A stretch of DNA of 64,000 nucleotides, taken from assembly GCA_964106915.2 (NCBI GenBank), contig OZ066923.1. One strand, 5' to 3'. Numbering within the stretch: position 1 is the stretch's first letter; every line of letters begins with the position of its first letter. A model generated the notes under the pieces. That model saw only the letters and a list, made by a program, of their open reading frames with translations, did not search any database and had not been told where the DNA came from. This DNA comes from Podarcis gaigeae (lineage: Eukaryota). This document shows positions 39,428 to 51,220 of the stretch, in pieces. The position numbers and the translations under genes were made by a program.

Positions 39428-39803
39428 GGACATGGGTGGTGCTGTGGTCTAAACCACTGAGCCTTTTGGGCTTGCCGACTGGAAGGTTGGTGGTTCGAAT
39501 CCCCGCGGTGGAGTGAGCTCCCATTGCTCTGTCCCAGCTCCTGCCAACCTAGCAGTTCGAAAGCACACAGTGCAAGTAGATAAACAGGCACCGTTGTGTT
39601 GGGAAGGTAAACTGTGTTTCCATGCGCTCTGGTTTCCGTAGCGGTGTCCCATTGCACCAGAAACGGTTTAGTCATGCTGGACACATGATCCAGAAAGCTT
39701 TCTGTGGACAAACGCCAGCTCCCTTGGCCTGAAAGCAAGATGAGCGCCACAACGCCATAGTCGCCTTTGACTGGATTTAACCATCCAAGGGTCCTTTACC
39801 TTT
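39428..39803 (+). mobile_element. Sauria SINE
   Basis: ggttcgaatcccc B box and cctttaccttt tail. Confidence 0.88.
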
Positions 39804-39924
39804 AACACAGGCCATAACCCTCAATGACCATGAATCACACTTTTCATGAATACTTTGGCTGGCTGGAATGTGTCCTGGAACTCTGACCATGTTTCTTGTA
39901 TTCCAGGGTAAAATACAATGGGGG

Positions 39925-40636
39925 TGTTGTTGCAACAATAGAAGAGACAATAGAAGAGTGCACCATCGGGGTCAAACCATTGGAGAGTTTCAACACCTGC
40001 TGTGGTTGTAGAGTCCAATATGGTAGAGACATGTTTCATTGCAGCCGGGGAAGACAAAGGCATCTGGTTTCTCTGTTACAGATACACTACTGTGTTTCTT
40101 CTCTCTGCGCTCCTCGCAGCAGTCATTTCTCCTCTGATCACTGCTGTGGATGCATGAATGACGGTCTCCAGGCACTGTGATCATCTGCAAGGGATTCCCA
40201 CACTGTGGGGCTAATGTTGCCAGCCTTCATGTCATGTCTGCAGACATCTTTATAACACAGAGTTGGTCTGCCAATGGGTTTGGTGCCTGAAGCCAGCTCC
40301 CTGTATAGCACAACCTTGGGGATCCTGCCATCATACACTCTGCGTACATGACCAAGCCAGTGTAGATGTCGCTGAGACAGAAGTGTAAACATGCTGAGAA
40401 TGTGGGCTTTGAAGAGCACATCTTTGTTTGAGGCACTGTCCTGCCATGTGATCCCCAAAATCTTGCTGACACTGAACATATGGAAGGCAATGAGATATTG
40501 CTCCTGCCCAGTGTAAGTTCCATAAAGCAGTGTGCTCAACACACAAGCCCAGTAAACCTTCATCTTGGTATTGGTCTTTAGCACGACATTATCTCAGCCA
40601 TTGCTGTAGCTGCCTTGCCAATCCGCTTGTCTAACC
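39925..40636 (-). mobile_element. RTE-clade LINE 3' fragment
   Basis: LDKRIGKAATAMA; VYWACVLSTLLYG; KILGITWQD; WLGHVRRVYDGRIPKVVLY; GRPTLCYKD; C-terminal C..C..IGL..H motif. Confidence 0.88.
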
Positions 40637-42439
40637 CATAGGCGCCGACTCCATGGGGCCTGAGGGGGCCCGAGCCCCCTCAAAAATTCGTTTGGGGGGG
40701 CAGAGCCCCCCCAATAATTTAAGAAAATTATTACCGTAAATTTCGCTCTATAACACACAGATTTTTTCTCCTAAAAAGTAAGGGGAAATGTCTGTGCGTG
40801 TTATTGAGCGAATGTGTGGTCCCTGGAGCTGACTCGCCGGAGCACAGGGGCAAAAATAGGCAAAAATCAGGCAAAAATAAGATCTGGCGGTCGGGCGGAG
40901 GGAAGGCGGAAGCTGCTGCTTTCCTGCATTCTGCCTCAGGGTCTTACTGCCCACCCGCTTCTGTTTCGTTTGCTCAAACTCAACAAAAAGCAGGGAATCC
41001 CCTGCCCTCCTGGCAAGCAGAGGGTTAAGGAAAGGATCAAGTCCTTCCTTCTAATTCTTTCCTAGTCACACTGCGTGCAGGCTCCAGCCCACCACCTCCT
41101 CCTCTCCGTGCTCTAGGGACTCGCAGGTGGGAGAGAGAGAGAGAGGGCTGGCTTGGGGGGGGACTTTTGCCTTCCTTTCCTCCCCCCCACCCCGTTAAAC
41201 TCCTCCCCTGCATTCTTAGCCAGCTGCTTCTCCGCACACCCCTCTTGTGCTTCTTGTCCCTTCTGTGTTTTTCCTTCCCTCCCCATTTAAAACGTGGTAA
41301 CAAAGCACGGATCCACATGGATCCTCAGGATTTTTGCATTGGGTCACCCCAAATTCACCATCAGATCACATAGCATGTCCATGGCTACATCTTGCACCAA
41401 AAAAATCACGCACCCACTGTTGCCTAGGGTCACAGTGGTGCAAAAACGTGGTTACAAAGCATGGATCCATATGGATCCTCAGGATCTTTGCATTGGGTCA
41501 CCCCAAATTCACCATCAGATCACATAGCATGTCCATGGCTACATCTTGCACCAAAAAAATCACGCACCCACTGTTGCCTAGGGTCATAGTGGTGCAAAAA
41601 CGTGGTTACAAAGCATGGATCCACATGGATCCTCAGGATTTTTGCATTGGGCTACTCCAAACTCACTGTCAGATATTAAAAATCTTTATAAAATAGAGAA
41701 TTAAATACATACAGAATGTTAAATTTTCAGTTTTGAAATATTAGTACTAGTTTAGTACTGTATTTCTATATTACTATAGTACTGTATTAGTTATTTTCAA
41801 ATACTTAAATATTTTTAGGGTGTAAGACCCAATTAAAGCCCGTTATTTACATACAGTATTACAGTATTTACATACAGTATTAGGCATACTGTATTAACTT
41901 TATTAACTGTATTAAAGCATTAACTTTGAGATATTATATTTATTTAATGAACCCTCAGCCTTATTCAAATGAACCCTAACCCTAACCCTTATTCAAAGTA
42001 AGCTTAAATTAGCTATTTCACTTATTAATCAAAGTGCTATTACTGTGCGACAGCAATATTTTATGTTTTATTCTTTTAATGATAGTTTAGGATTTATTTA
42101 AATATCATTTCAGTCTTTTCAGAGCTATATATTCACTGCTCTGTAATAGTCTATAAGCATAATTGTTACTGTAAATTAAATTAGCTTTTTACGAAAATAC
42201 CGTGCGTGTTTTTGTTTTGTTTCTTTTTTCAAAGCCAAAAAGTGTTTCAGGCTTGTCGAGTTTCCCGGAGTGTGGAGTTATAGAGTCGAGTTTTCGGGGT
42301 TCTAATGTTGATCATATGACTCTAAAATACTTTTAAAAAACTTTAAAACTCACTAATTTTCATCTAAAATTTAGAAAACTTCCCGGGGCAGGACCCCGGT
42401 ATGGGCCCCCCCAATATTTTTTGTAAGTCGGCGCCCCTG
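40637..42439 (-). mobile_element. Non-autonomous hAT element, copy 2 (1803 bp), inverted relative to copy 1
   Basis: TIR cataggcgccgact / agtcggcgcccctg; perfect 8-bp TSD gtctaacc; end-to-end reverse complement of 25870-27782. Confidence 0.93.
41290..41652. repeat. Internal tandem array, 154-bp unit, about 2.3 units
   Basis: ggatcca(c/t)atggatcc at about 41309, 41463 and 41617. Confidence 0.92.
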
Positions 42440-42594
42440 GTCTAACCTACTGTACAATAGTAAATTCGACATTTGTTGCTCCACATATTTTTTGCCTCTG
42501 ACTCTGGCCACCACTGGCACATGTCATCCGTAAGGTTGCTGAAACAAGAATTCATCCATTGGGCTGAGAAAGATTCCCCACCCATGCCTTACAA

Positions 42595-42730
42595 CAGGGT
42601 TTTCCAAACTTGGGTTTCCAGCTGCTTTTGGACTGCAATTCCCACCATCCCTGAACACTAGTCCTGCTAGCTAAGGATGATGGGAGTTGTAGTCCAAAAA
42701 CATCTGGATATCCATGTTTGGGAAACCCAG
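42595..42730. mobile_element. Short palindromic MITE (ggactacaactccc family)
   Basis: cagggttttccaaact ... tgtttgggaaaccc; related copies at about 10925-11430, 11442-11531 and 63093-63220. Confidence 0.7.
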
Positions 42731-44520
42731 CCCCAGAAGGATACACTGCAGCTTCCATCCTAAATCATCTCTCTTTTTTGTCCAAGCTAGTGGAGCTATG
42801 ATACTAAACAATGGGTCCATGGGCAAGAGTTTGTTCTACCCCTGTCAACTGGAAGACCTAAGTGGTAAGAACAGATCCTCTCCTCCTCTGTAAAGCATCA
42901 TATACATGCACTAGCTTTGTTTGTTTGTTTAATAATAATATAAATCCCACCATATATACCCAAGCATCTTTCTGAATCTACACTGTAAATCTTTAATAAC
43001 CTGGCTATCTTGTGAAATTGAAAGCAAGGACAACAAATATGGTTCAGATCGTCCTCTTTCAAGGGTATGGAGTGAGCTGTTCTGTGGGAGGGAGGGAAGA
43101 AGTTTGGAGAAAAGGGGAAACTCAATGTATCTCCTTTTGTGCATTATTTAATGAAAATCAATAAAAAATATTGTTATAAAAATGCAAAACCAAAGGGGGG
43201 GGAGGATATGGAGTGAGACTTCCCACAGTCTAGAATTAGAAAGGGGACTGGAATTTCAAGATGATCCTGTGTTTAGGTTCTGGCAATGAAAATTTCATGC
43301 ATGGCCTCATCTAAAAACACACGCAGCCCAGCCCTAAGCATGTTGGCATGGAAGTAAGTCCCACTGAGCTGAACAATGCTCGCTCACAAGTGAATGTTAT
43401 AGGTAGGAAGAATGCAGCCAATCTTTCTGTGCTCAGTCCCCGCAGTAGAAAGGAGTTATGGTGCAGGGTAGCGATTTGATTCTTGCCTTTGCCATATACC
43501 CTCAAGGGGGCCTTAGGCAAGCCTGATTCCTGCTCACCCCATCCCTCAATCTGCAACAAGGATGTGATGCACAGGGCCACTGCAAAGATTACAACTATAT
43601 AAAGAACAAATGCGCAGCCAGAGATCTTTTGCATTTCTTTGAGAGCAGGCCTTGCAAAGCAAGGTGAGCTGCAATATGCTATTCACCACTCACCCAATGC
43701 CTGGAACTGCTATCAAACTAAACAGACCACCTGCAAGACTGGTACCACCAAAGGAAAAGCTGGACAGATGTGGACACTTCCTTTCTTTGGATTCAAGTGA
43801 TCCGTGGCTTACATGAAAAATTTAGACTAGCGCTACCTGCCTCCTACATCTTTCGTCTGCTCTGTCTAGTTGCCATCGTGTTTTCAGGCCACAGATGGCC
43901 TCTCTCTATGCCAAATGTGCAGAACCTAAGACAATTCGTCCTCGATTCTTGGCTGTGTCTGTTGCCACAGCTCCTACAGATGTCAAAAGTGAGGAGGGGG
44001 TTGCAATGCATCCCATCAGAAGATGCGCAGTAAGACCCAACCTGACACTGGCAATATGCCTGATGTAATACCATCAGACCTAGTGCACAGCTGAGGTGCA
44101 CATTAGTGCGACATGAGACTGATTTGCACTAGCATAAGAGTCATTCTTAGAGCTGATCTACATATGCAGAACCACAATGTTCTACTAATGTTCTGTGATT
44201 TATTTATTTTTTGGGGGGAGAACCTTTTACATAGAAACCTATTGTGTCAGGAAGGTGGTGAGAACTCTTCTTCCTGGCACATAAGCTTTCGACAGGCAAG
44301 AATAATTTTGTGTGGGTGGGGTGGGGTGGGGGAGGCAATCAAACATGTGGCTCACCCCCTTGTACCCTACATTGAATTATGAACTCCTGAAAACTTGGTA
44401 TCTGATGTTGTGTGTGTGCTTTCATATTCTAGCTAATGATAATTTTCTCGAAGGAATGCTGGCACCAGACTTTCAGACCATGGCATATTTCTTGCTATAA
44501 ATCATGCAGCAATTGCTCAC

Positions 44521-44616
44521 CTGTAGTCCAGCAGTCTCTCCATAAGACGGGTTACAGTGGCGATTAATGAAACGCCACTTTCTCTCCATGTTTCGCGTTC
44601 AATTTTCTTCAGCAAG
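44521..44616 (-). CDS. DOCK4: DOCK4 exon, 96 nt
   Basis: ttccag|C...AG|gtgagc; LLKKIERETWRESGVSLIATVTRLMERLLDY. Confidence 0.96.
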
Positions 44617-44792
44617 CTGGAAGGAATGAACCCAGGGCAAAATATCAGCATTTATTTTTACCGGTCTCCATAACAACCAATTTATACTCAAAGGTACCCA
44701 AAAATGCCTTAGCAGTATCTGCTCATTCACAGATTTTATTATTATTATTATTATTTCCTTCAAACTAAGCACAATTGCAAATATTCTCTTAC

Positions 44793-44819
44793 CTGGGATA
44801 AGGACCAAAGAGTGGAATT
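44793..44819 (-). CDS. DOCK4: DOCK4 27-nt microexon
   Basis: gagtag|AATTCCACTCTTTGGTCCTTATCCCAG|gtaaga; adds IPLFGPYPS; phase 2-2; resembles the LFGPYPS insert recalled from DOCK3/DOCK4 isoforms. Confidence 0.9.
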
Positions 44820-46555
44820 CTACTCCAGGAAGCATTGACAAGGCAAATTGAATTTTTTTTAGGTTAGCCAACTTCAAGACAACACACACACAGAGAGAGA
44901 AAGCATCCTATTTTCCAAATATATCTAGACATCTCACAACCTTTACACACAGAAGATTCTGGATTTATTGCATGCTCACCCCTTTGTGCTATTCATTAGA
45001 CCTGTATTTCAACATCAAGAAAAGAAACTGAAGATTTTGTTACCTAGAAGAGAGCATTTCCCATCTCACTGCTTCCCTTTCGATGAGATTTCAAATCTTC
45101 TCAATGTAGGATTTTTTCCCCCTCCGTACTTTAGTCGACAGTAGTTCTGCACCCACACAATTTACTGCATTGTAACTGCCACAGGAAAAGCCTTTTCCTG
45201 AGGAGAATTTTTTTTCTTTTTTAACCCAAACACTTTCCTTTCGCTTGGTGTTATTTATGCATTTCAATCTCATTCATTTAACTGTTAAATAATTGGTAGC
45301 TTCTTGGTGGCAAATCTTAGAAAAATGCACCAGGTCAGTTAGAATTGAAAGGTTCTGAGCCCAGCAGTAATATGAAAATACAGAAATAGAACCACTGGCA
45401 ATAATACCAATGAGCAACGGCTAGCATTTGCTTAGTTTCTAAAAATGAGAGGGGCTGGGGGTTGTTCCGGAAGTCCTTTCCCCAAATCTAGAAGCATGCA
45501 AGCCTCAGAAGGGCACATGACATATGCTCACAGAGGCTTTGTCCTTCGGGATTGCCTCTCACATTCCAAGGCTGAGCCCTAGAATACTAGGGCTGCCCAA
45601 AGGTGATTCTACAAGCGCTCAAGACCCCATCACAACTATGCCTTTTGCAGAAGTGACTTGGGAGAAGCTTTGAAACGTTTCTATGTTGATAACACAGGTA
45701 TCCTCCAGGGACGAGTCCCCCTCCCACAAATCATAAACAAGGATTCTGGGTTTTTTAAGGTGTTTTGGGCATTTGTAGATTTATAGACCTCTCCTTCCCT
45801 CTCCTGTGTGTGCTCTCTCTTTCTCTCTGTGAAAAACTAGTTGCTCCCCCATTCCAGTTCCCTTGCCTTTGACTGAATCCTGAGGTTCTATATAGTTACT
45901 GGTATGTATTTTGTAAAAGTGGGGATGTTGGACAAATTGGAGAAGGTGAGACAGTCACGCTTATGTTAGAAAGGGAAACAGACAAGGGGATGGTTAAGCC
46001 ATTCCAAAGCAACAGCACTGAAGTACCCATATATGTTACTTAGGTCAAAGCACTACAACCAACACCAGAAACTTATGGAAAGGAGAACCAAACATACCTA
46101 AGATCTATTCACACAACCATCTGAGTGCACAGTGGAGGCATCCAGCAGCATATGGAAAGCCAGTTGTACATACCAAGTGTAGAATCTGACTTCCACCACC
46201 CGTTGAAAAATGCTAATTCTCTGGCAACGACTGGCTCACCATGGGTTGGCAGCTACCATGGGCAAACTTTTCAAACATGCTCACCACAACTGTCACATAC
46301 CCAAGGGCTTTTAAATAGCCCTTGGATAACCCAAAGCTATGTTGGGCTACCCTTTGCGCTTAATGACTCTACAATGTCAGCAATTGGCAGTTTGGACCAG
46401 TCTAGCATTCCTCAAAAGTCTGGTCCCAAGACCCACAATGAGTAATTATTTCACAAATTTATAAACTGCATAATGGTCTGAGACCATTGAAGTAGTGTAC
46501 AATATAAAAGCAGGATAAAACACCAAGCCCAATTTCCCCTCAAGGAAAGCCTTCT

Positions 46556-46557
<2 letters not shown>

Positions 46558-46600
<43 letters not shown>
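46558..46600. repeat. (AAT)n microsatellite
   Basis: About 14 perfect units. Confidence 0.95.
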
Positions 46601-46603
<3 letters not shown>

Positions 46604-46929
46604 GGCATTATATATGGAAATAATTTGGTCTGGACGTTGATGCCTCTGTGGCTTATTCTTTGTAGCTTCATAACCTTGATTCTCTCTGTTACTCTTATTT
46701 TTATTTTGTTTTTACTGCTGTGACTGAATGCTAAAACTAATAAATACATTATTGAAGAGAAATATATACAATAGGCACCTAAATACCATGTTGTTAGGTG
46801 CCTGTCTAATTTATCCTTCCACTTCCTGCAGCTAACAGAAAGATAAGCATAGAATTGTGTTCCTGGGATGGGAGAAAAAAAGTTTATGTTCCTTCACATT
46901 TTGTATGAGACACACACTAGCCAGTTGCC

Positions 46930-47491
46930 AACAACAACAACAACAAATACTTATTATTTATACCCCTCCCATCTGACTGGGTTTCGCCAGCCACTCTGGG
47001 TGGCTCCCAACAGAATATTAAAAACACGATAAAACATCAAACATTAAAAACTTCCCTAAGCAGGGCTTCCTTCAGATTTCTTCTAAAAGTCAAATAGTTG
47101 TTTATTTCCTTGACATCTGATGGGAGGGCATTCCACAGGGTGGGCGCCACTACCAAGAAGGCCCTCTGCCTGGTTCCCTGTAACCTCAGTGAGGGAACCA
47201 CCAGAAGGCCCTTGGAGCTGGACCTCAGTGTCCGTGTCTGGGCTGAACGATGGGGGTGAAGATGCTCCTTCAGGTATACTGGGCCAAGGCCGTTTATGGC
47301 TTTAAAGGTCAGCACCAACACTTTGAATTGTGCTCAGAAACATACTGGGAGCCAATGAAGGTCTTTCAGAACCAGTGTTATATGGTCTCGGCGGCCACTC
47401 CCAGTCACCAGTCTAGCTGCCGCATTCTGGATTACTTGTAGTTTCCGGGTCACCTTCAAAGATAGCCCCACGTAGAGTGCATTGCAGTAGT
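46930..47491 (-). mobile_element. L2 3' fragment
   Basis: Same family as 8722-9469, reverse orientation. Confidence 0.88.
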
Positions 47492-48075
47492 CGAAAACTG
47501 TACTTGAACTGTACTTGACGTGGATAGCCCTTCAAATAGAGGACATTCCTCTGGCAGCTTTACAGATAGAGAACTATTCCCTGTAAAGTAGGACATATGG
47601 CCAACCTAATTGTCAAACTTGCACATCCTATGCAACAGCTCGAACTATACTGCCCCGACATGTCTGCACTGAGGGAAGGAAAACATTGTTCATGTTGTTG
47701 CAGTCCAAATTATTTTTAGGTCACACTTCAGCTTGCTTACACATAGCTCTTGATCCCATAATCAAGCATAGCTGTCAACTTTTCCCTTTTCTTGTGAGGA
47801 ATCCTATTCAGAATAAGCAAATTTCCCTTAAAAAAAAGGAAAACGTTGACAGCTATGTAATCAAGTGATGGCCAGTTCCACTCCTGTATGCCATATAGTC
47901 AACTCCATAGCATTTGAGGGAGATGCGCATGTCCTGGAAAGCTGAAGCCAATGCCAGCTTCCTGCCATACATCCCTGTGGGTTTAGAGGCATATGTTTCC
48001 CCTTCAGACAGAACAGGGTTCGCCTAGAGGCTTCCAGGAAACACATCCGCACAAAGCCTGAAATAGCCCTTGAGT

Positions 48076-48296
48076 CACTGGCGGAGGAAGAGGTGTGTGG
48101 GAGGAGCGCACCGCCCCCAGCAGCGCAATCCCCGTGGGGTGCCATCTTGGCTGTTCCCCCACCTGCGCTGGGCGCCACGCCCCTGCAGGCGGTATGCCCC
48201 ACCCCCAGGGCGCACGCCCCGCCCCCGGGACGCGCGCCAGCCACGCCCCCATCTGCTCTCCACCCCCCAGTGCCAGAGCATGAAGTTCCGCCACTG
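48076..48296. mobile_element. GC/CpG-rich hAT (Tip100-like) MITE
   Basis: Ends cactggcgga / ttccgccactg; 8-bp TSD ccttgagt/ctttgagt. Confidence 0.78.
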
Positions 48297-49011
48297 CTTT
48301 GAGTGACATAAATTAGGGTACCGAAAGATTGGGCTTCATCTATTTTAACGTATTCAGGGAAACGAACTGGATTCCTGCAGAAGTGCTGAGGGGATTAGGA
48401 AATTGTGCCGAAGGAAAATGTTCTCTCGCCTGGAGGTTTCTCCCCTGCCAAATATCAAAGACTTGCTGAAGGTGAGGAAACATCTCAAAATGAGAGCGGC
48501 TATAATCCCTCAGAAGTGATATGGATTAGCCAATTTAAATGCAGGCTTACTTTCAGTTTATATTTTTTGCATCCAGTATATCATGTGGGTAGGTCCTGCC
48601 TCCCTCCCTCCCTCCCTCCCACCCACCAGGAATTCATGCAAACCCTTTGCATCGCAGACCTTTCAAAGATAATGCACAAAGCAAACATTCCTGACAAGAG
48701 AGCCTCTCAAAAACAAGCCTCCGCTTCCTCGGGCAATATCTCGATAGGAAGTAAGAAGAAGGGTATTCCAGCTAAGCTGGTGTTCTCTCCTGCACACCGC
48801 GAAGCAGAAACTCTTCTGCATGCTTTACTGTAATCTTTTATTCCATCTTCCTTTGATCCTTCTCCAGAGGCCTGTTTGCTTTCCAAACACCCAGAATGGT
48901 GCTTCTTTAACCTGCAGCTAGATTGCCAGCATTCAGCAACAATCCTTGCTTGACACCGGTATAGAGTTATGTAAAAAAATTAAAAGCAAGAGTGGTTCCT
49001 TGTGCCTGTAT

Positions 49012-49131
49012 TGTAGTGGTTGGATGGCCATCTGTCATGGATGCTTTAGCTGAGATTCCTGCATTGAAGGGGGTTGGACTAGATGGCCCTTAGGGTCCCT
49101 TCCAACTCTAAGATTCTACAATTCTACGATT
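49012..49131 (+). mobile_element. CR1 LINE 3' end
   Basis: gggggttggactagatg...ggtcccttccaactct with an attctac repeat tail; similar ends at about 8541 (+) and 62954 (-). Confidence 0.8.
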
Positions 49132-49244
49132 GAGGCAACAGAAACCGTGTCAGCTGTAGTGGGTGCATAATAATAATAAGAGGAAATGTGCTTGCTTATG
49201 GGCTGTTTGTGGGGTATCTGTGCTAAATCTGAACAAGCAACAAT

Positions 49245-49388
49245 GGCTGCTGTCGCTGAATGCCAAGTCGGCTGTGAGTAAGACCTCCCTCATCCATGAT
49301 TTGATTACGAATCACTCTGTAACCCTGAGGCCTGGGTGGTGGAACAGGGTGGAGTTGGTCTCACCCAGCTGTGCCCATGGCACTTGGG
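49245..49388 (+). mobile_element. LINE AP-endonuclease N-terminal fragment (L2-like)
   Basis: LLSLNAKSAVSKTSLIHDLI resembles the LLNARS..NK..LI.DLI start of APE domains. Confidence 0.55.
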
Positions 49389-49390
49389 TA

Positions 49391-49631
49391 CAGTGGTACC
49401 TCGGGTTACAGATGCTTCAGTTTACAGAAACTTCAGGTTACAGACTCCGCCAACCCAGAAATAGTACCTCGGATTAGGAACTTTACCTCAGGATGAGAAC
49501 AGAAATCGCGCAGCAGTGGCGCGGCAGCAGCAGGAAGACCATTAGCTAAAGTGGTACCTCAGGTTAAGAACAGTTTCAGGTTAAGAACGGACCTCCAGAA
49601 CAAATTAAGTTCTTAACCCGAGGTTCCACTG
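49391..49631 (+). mobile_element. Tigger/pogo-type MITE
   Basis: TA|cagtggtacctcgggtta ... taacccgaggttccactg|TA. Confidence 0.9.
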
Positions 49632-50862
49632 TACTAGGTGCAGAATCAGGGCATAATTGAGAGTTGGGGAGGGTAAATTGCTGTGGTCTATGCAGACTCA
49701 CTCTCTCTCTCTTTCTCCAAGCTCTCTGTCCAGGATTTTTTTTTTGGGGGGGGGTGGCTTGAGTGTGAGTTCCTGGCACTGGGCAATTGGGACAGATTAG
49801 AGACTCTGCTGGTTTACCGCTTGCCTTGATGACCTTTGAAAGATAATGTACAAAGCAAATGTTCCTGACAAAAGAGCCTCTCAAAAACACTTGCTGAAGG
49901 TGAGGAAACATCTCAAAATGAGAGCTGCTATAATCTCTCAGAAGTGATATGGTTTAGCCAACATTTCTCTATAACTAGGTCTTTGGCTGATTAACATTCT
50001 ATGTGTTCGTGATAGGTGGGTTCATGATAGGTGGGTTAATGGTTTGTTTGATTGTTTGATTGTTTGTTTGATTGATTGATTGACTAATTGATTGATTATG
50101 TATTTGGTGTTCTCATTTTGTATTTCTATGATTTGCATAGTCCGCCCTGTGATTTGCTGATGAAGGGCAGTATACAAATTTAATTAATAATAAAAACAAC
50201 AACACCACTTTGTAATTATGCTGTTACTTAGATCTAAAGTTCCATTTTTCTGCAAGACTCTGGGCCACATGGAAAAGCCTCACCTCAAGCAACAACAACA
50301 CTGTGTGCAGGATGGAGAGGTGTCACAAAGGTCCTGTGAAACCATTGATAATAGAAAAATTCTCTATGAAATTTGCTATGCCTGAGATTGTCACAAGAGC
50401 GCCTGGACTAAAATTATCTATCAGAAACTTCACTCTTGTGGTTTATCACCACAACAGCTAAGCTTGAGATGTTGCAAGTATAATGAAGTACTTCTTCAAC
50501 CAGAGACAATTTTCATTTAATGTAAATCAGACATTGCACCATAGTGTTGAAGATTGGTATCTATGCATACAGAAAGTGCCGTGTTAAGACTATACCACAG
50601 GAATGCCTAATGAAATGTGAGCAACACACATACTGATTTAAAATTAACGAAATTGCAACAAAATTTCAGGAGTGATTCTCTAATAATAAAAAAAAAAGTA
50701 TCACAACATCATCTAATCTCCATTTTATCAGAATTTATATCTCTGTCTTTTTCTTCATATAAAAAGGAAGTGCACCCAACACCATTGTAACTGGAATGTA
50801 TCTAGTCAGCTATTTAGTTCAGGAAGTTTATCCGTAAAGATTCTTTAGGGTGTTCTGTTTAA

Positions 50863-51220
50863 TGCGGGTGGCGCTGTGGTCTAAACCACAATGCCTAGGG
50901 CTTGCCGATCAGAAGGTCAGCAGTTCGAATCCCCACAATGGAGTGAGCTCCTGTTGCTCGGTCCCTGCTCCTGCCAACCTAGCAGTTTGAAAGCACGTCA
51001 AGGTGCAAGTAGATAAATAGGTACCACTCTGGTGGGAAGGTAAACGGCATTTCCGTGTGCTGCTCTGGTTCGCCAGAAGCGGCTTAGTCATGCTGGCCAC
51101 GTGACCCAGAAAAACTGTCTGCAGATAAACGTCGGCACCCTCAGCCAGTAAAGTGAGATGAGCACTGCAACCCTAGAGTCGTCCACAACTGGACCTAACA
51201 GTCAGGGGTCCCTTTACCTT
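50863..51220 (+). mobile_element. Sauria SINE
   Basis: Reverse complement of the 5801-6155 family. Confidence 0.9.

Noticed and set aside
27783-40636. Assembly inversion or false duplication between the inverted hAT copies (a gap lies inside)
   Set aside because: Exon order and strand are intact, and the copies have distinct perfect TSDs and private indels.
41431-41465. CACAGTG followed by GCAAAAACG, resembling a V(D)J recombination signal
   Set aside because: The spacer is 2 nt rather than 12 or 23, and there is no antigen-receptor context.
48076-48296. CpG-rich patches here and at 37041-37383 as CpG-island promoters
   Set aside because: Both are bounded by TIRs and 8-bp TSDs, so they are MITEs.
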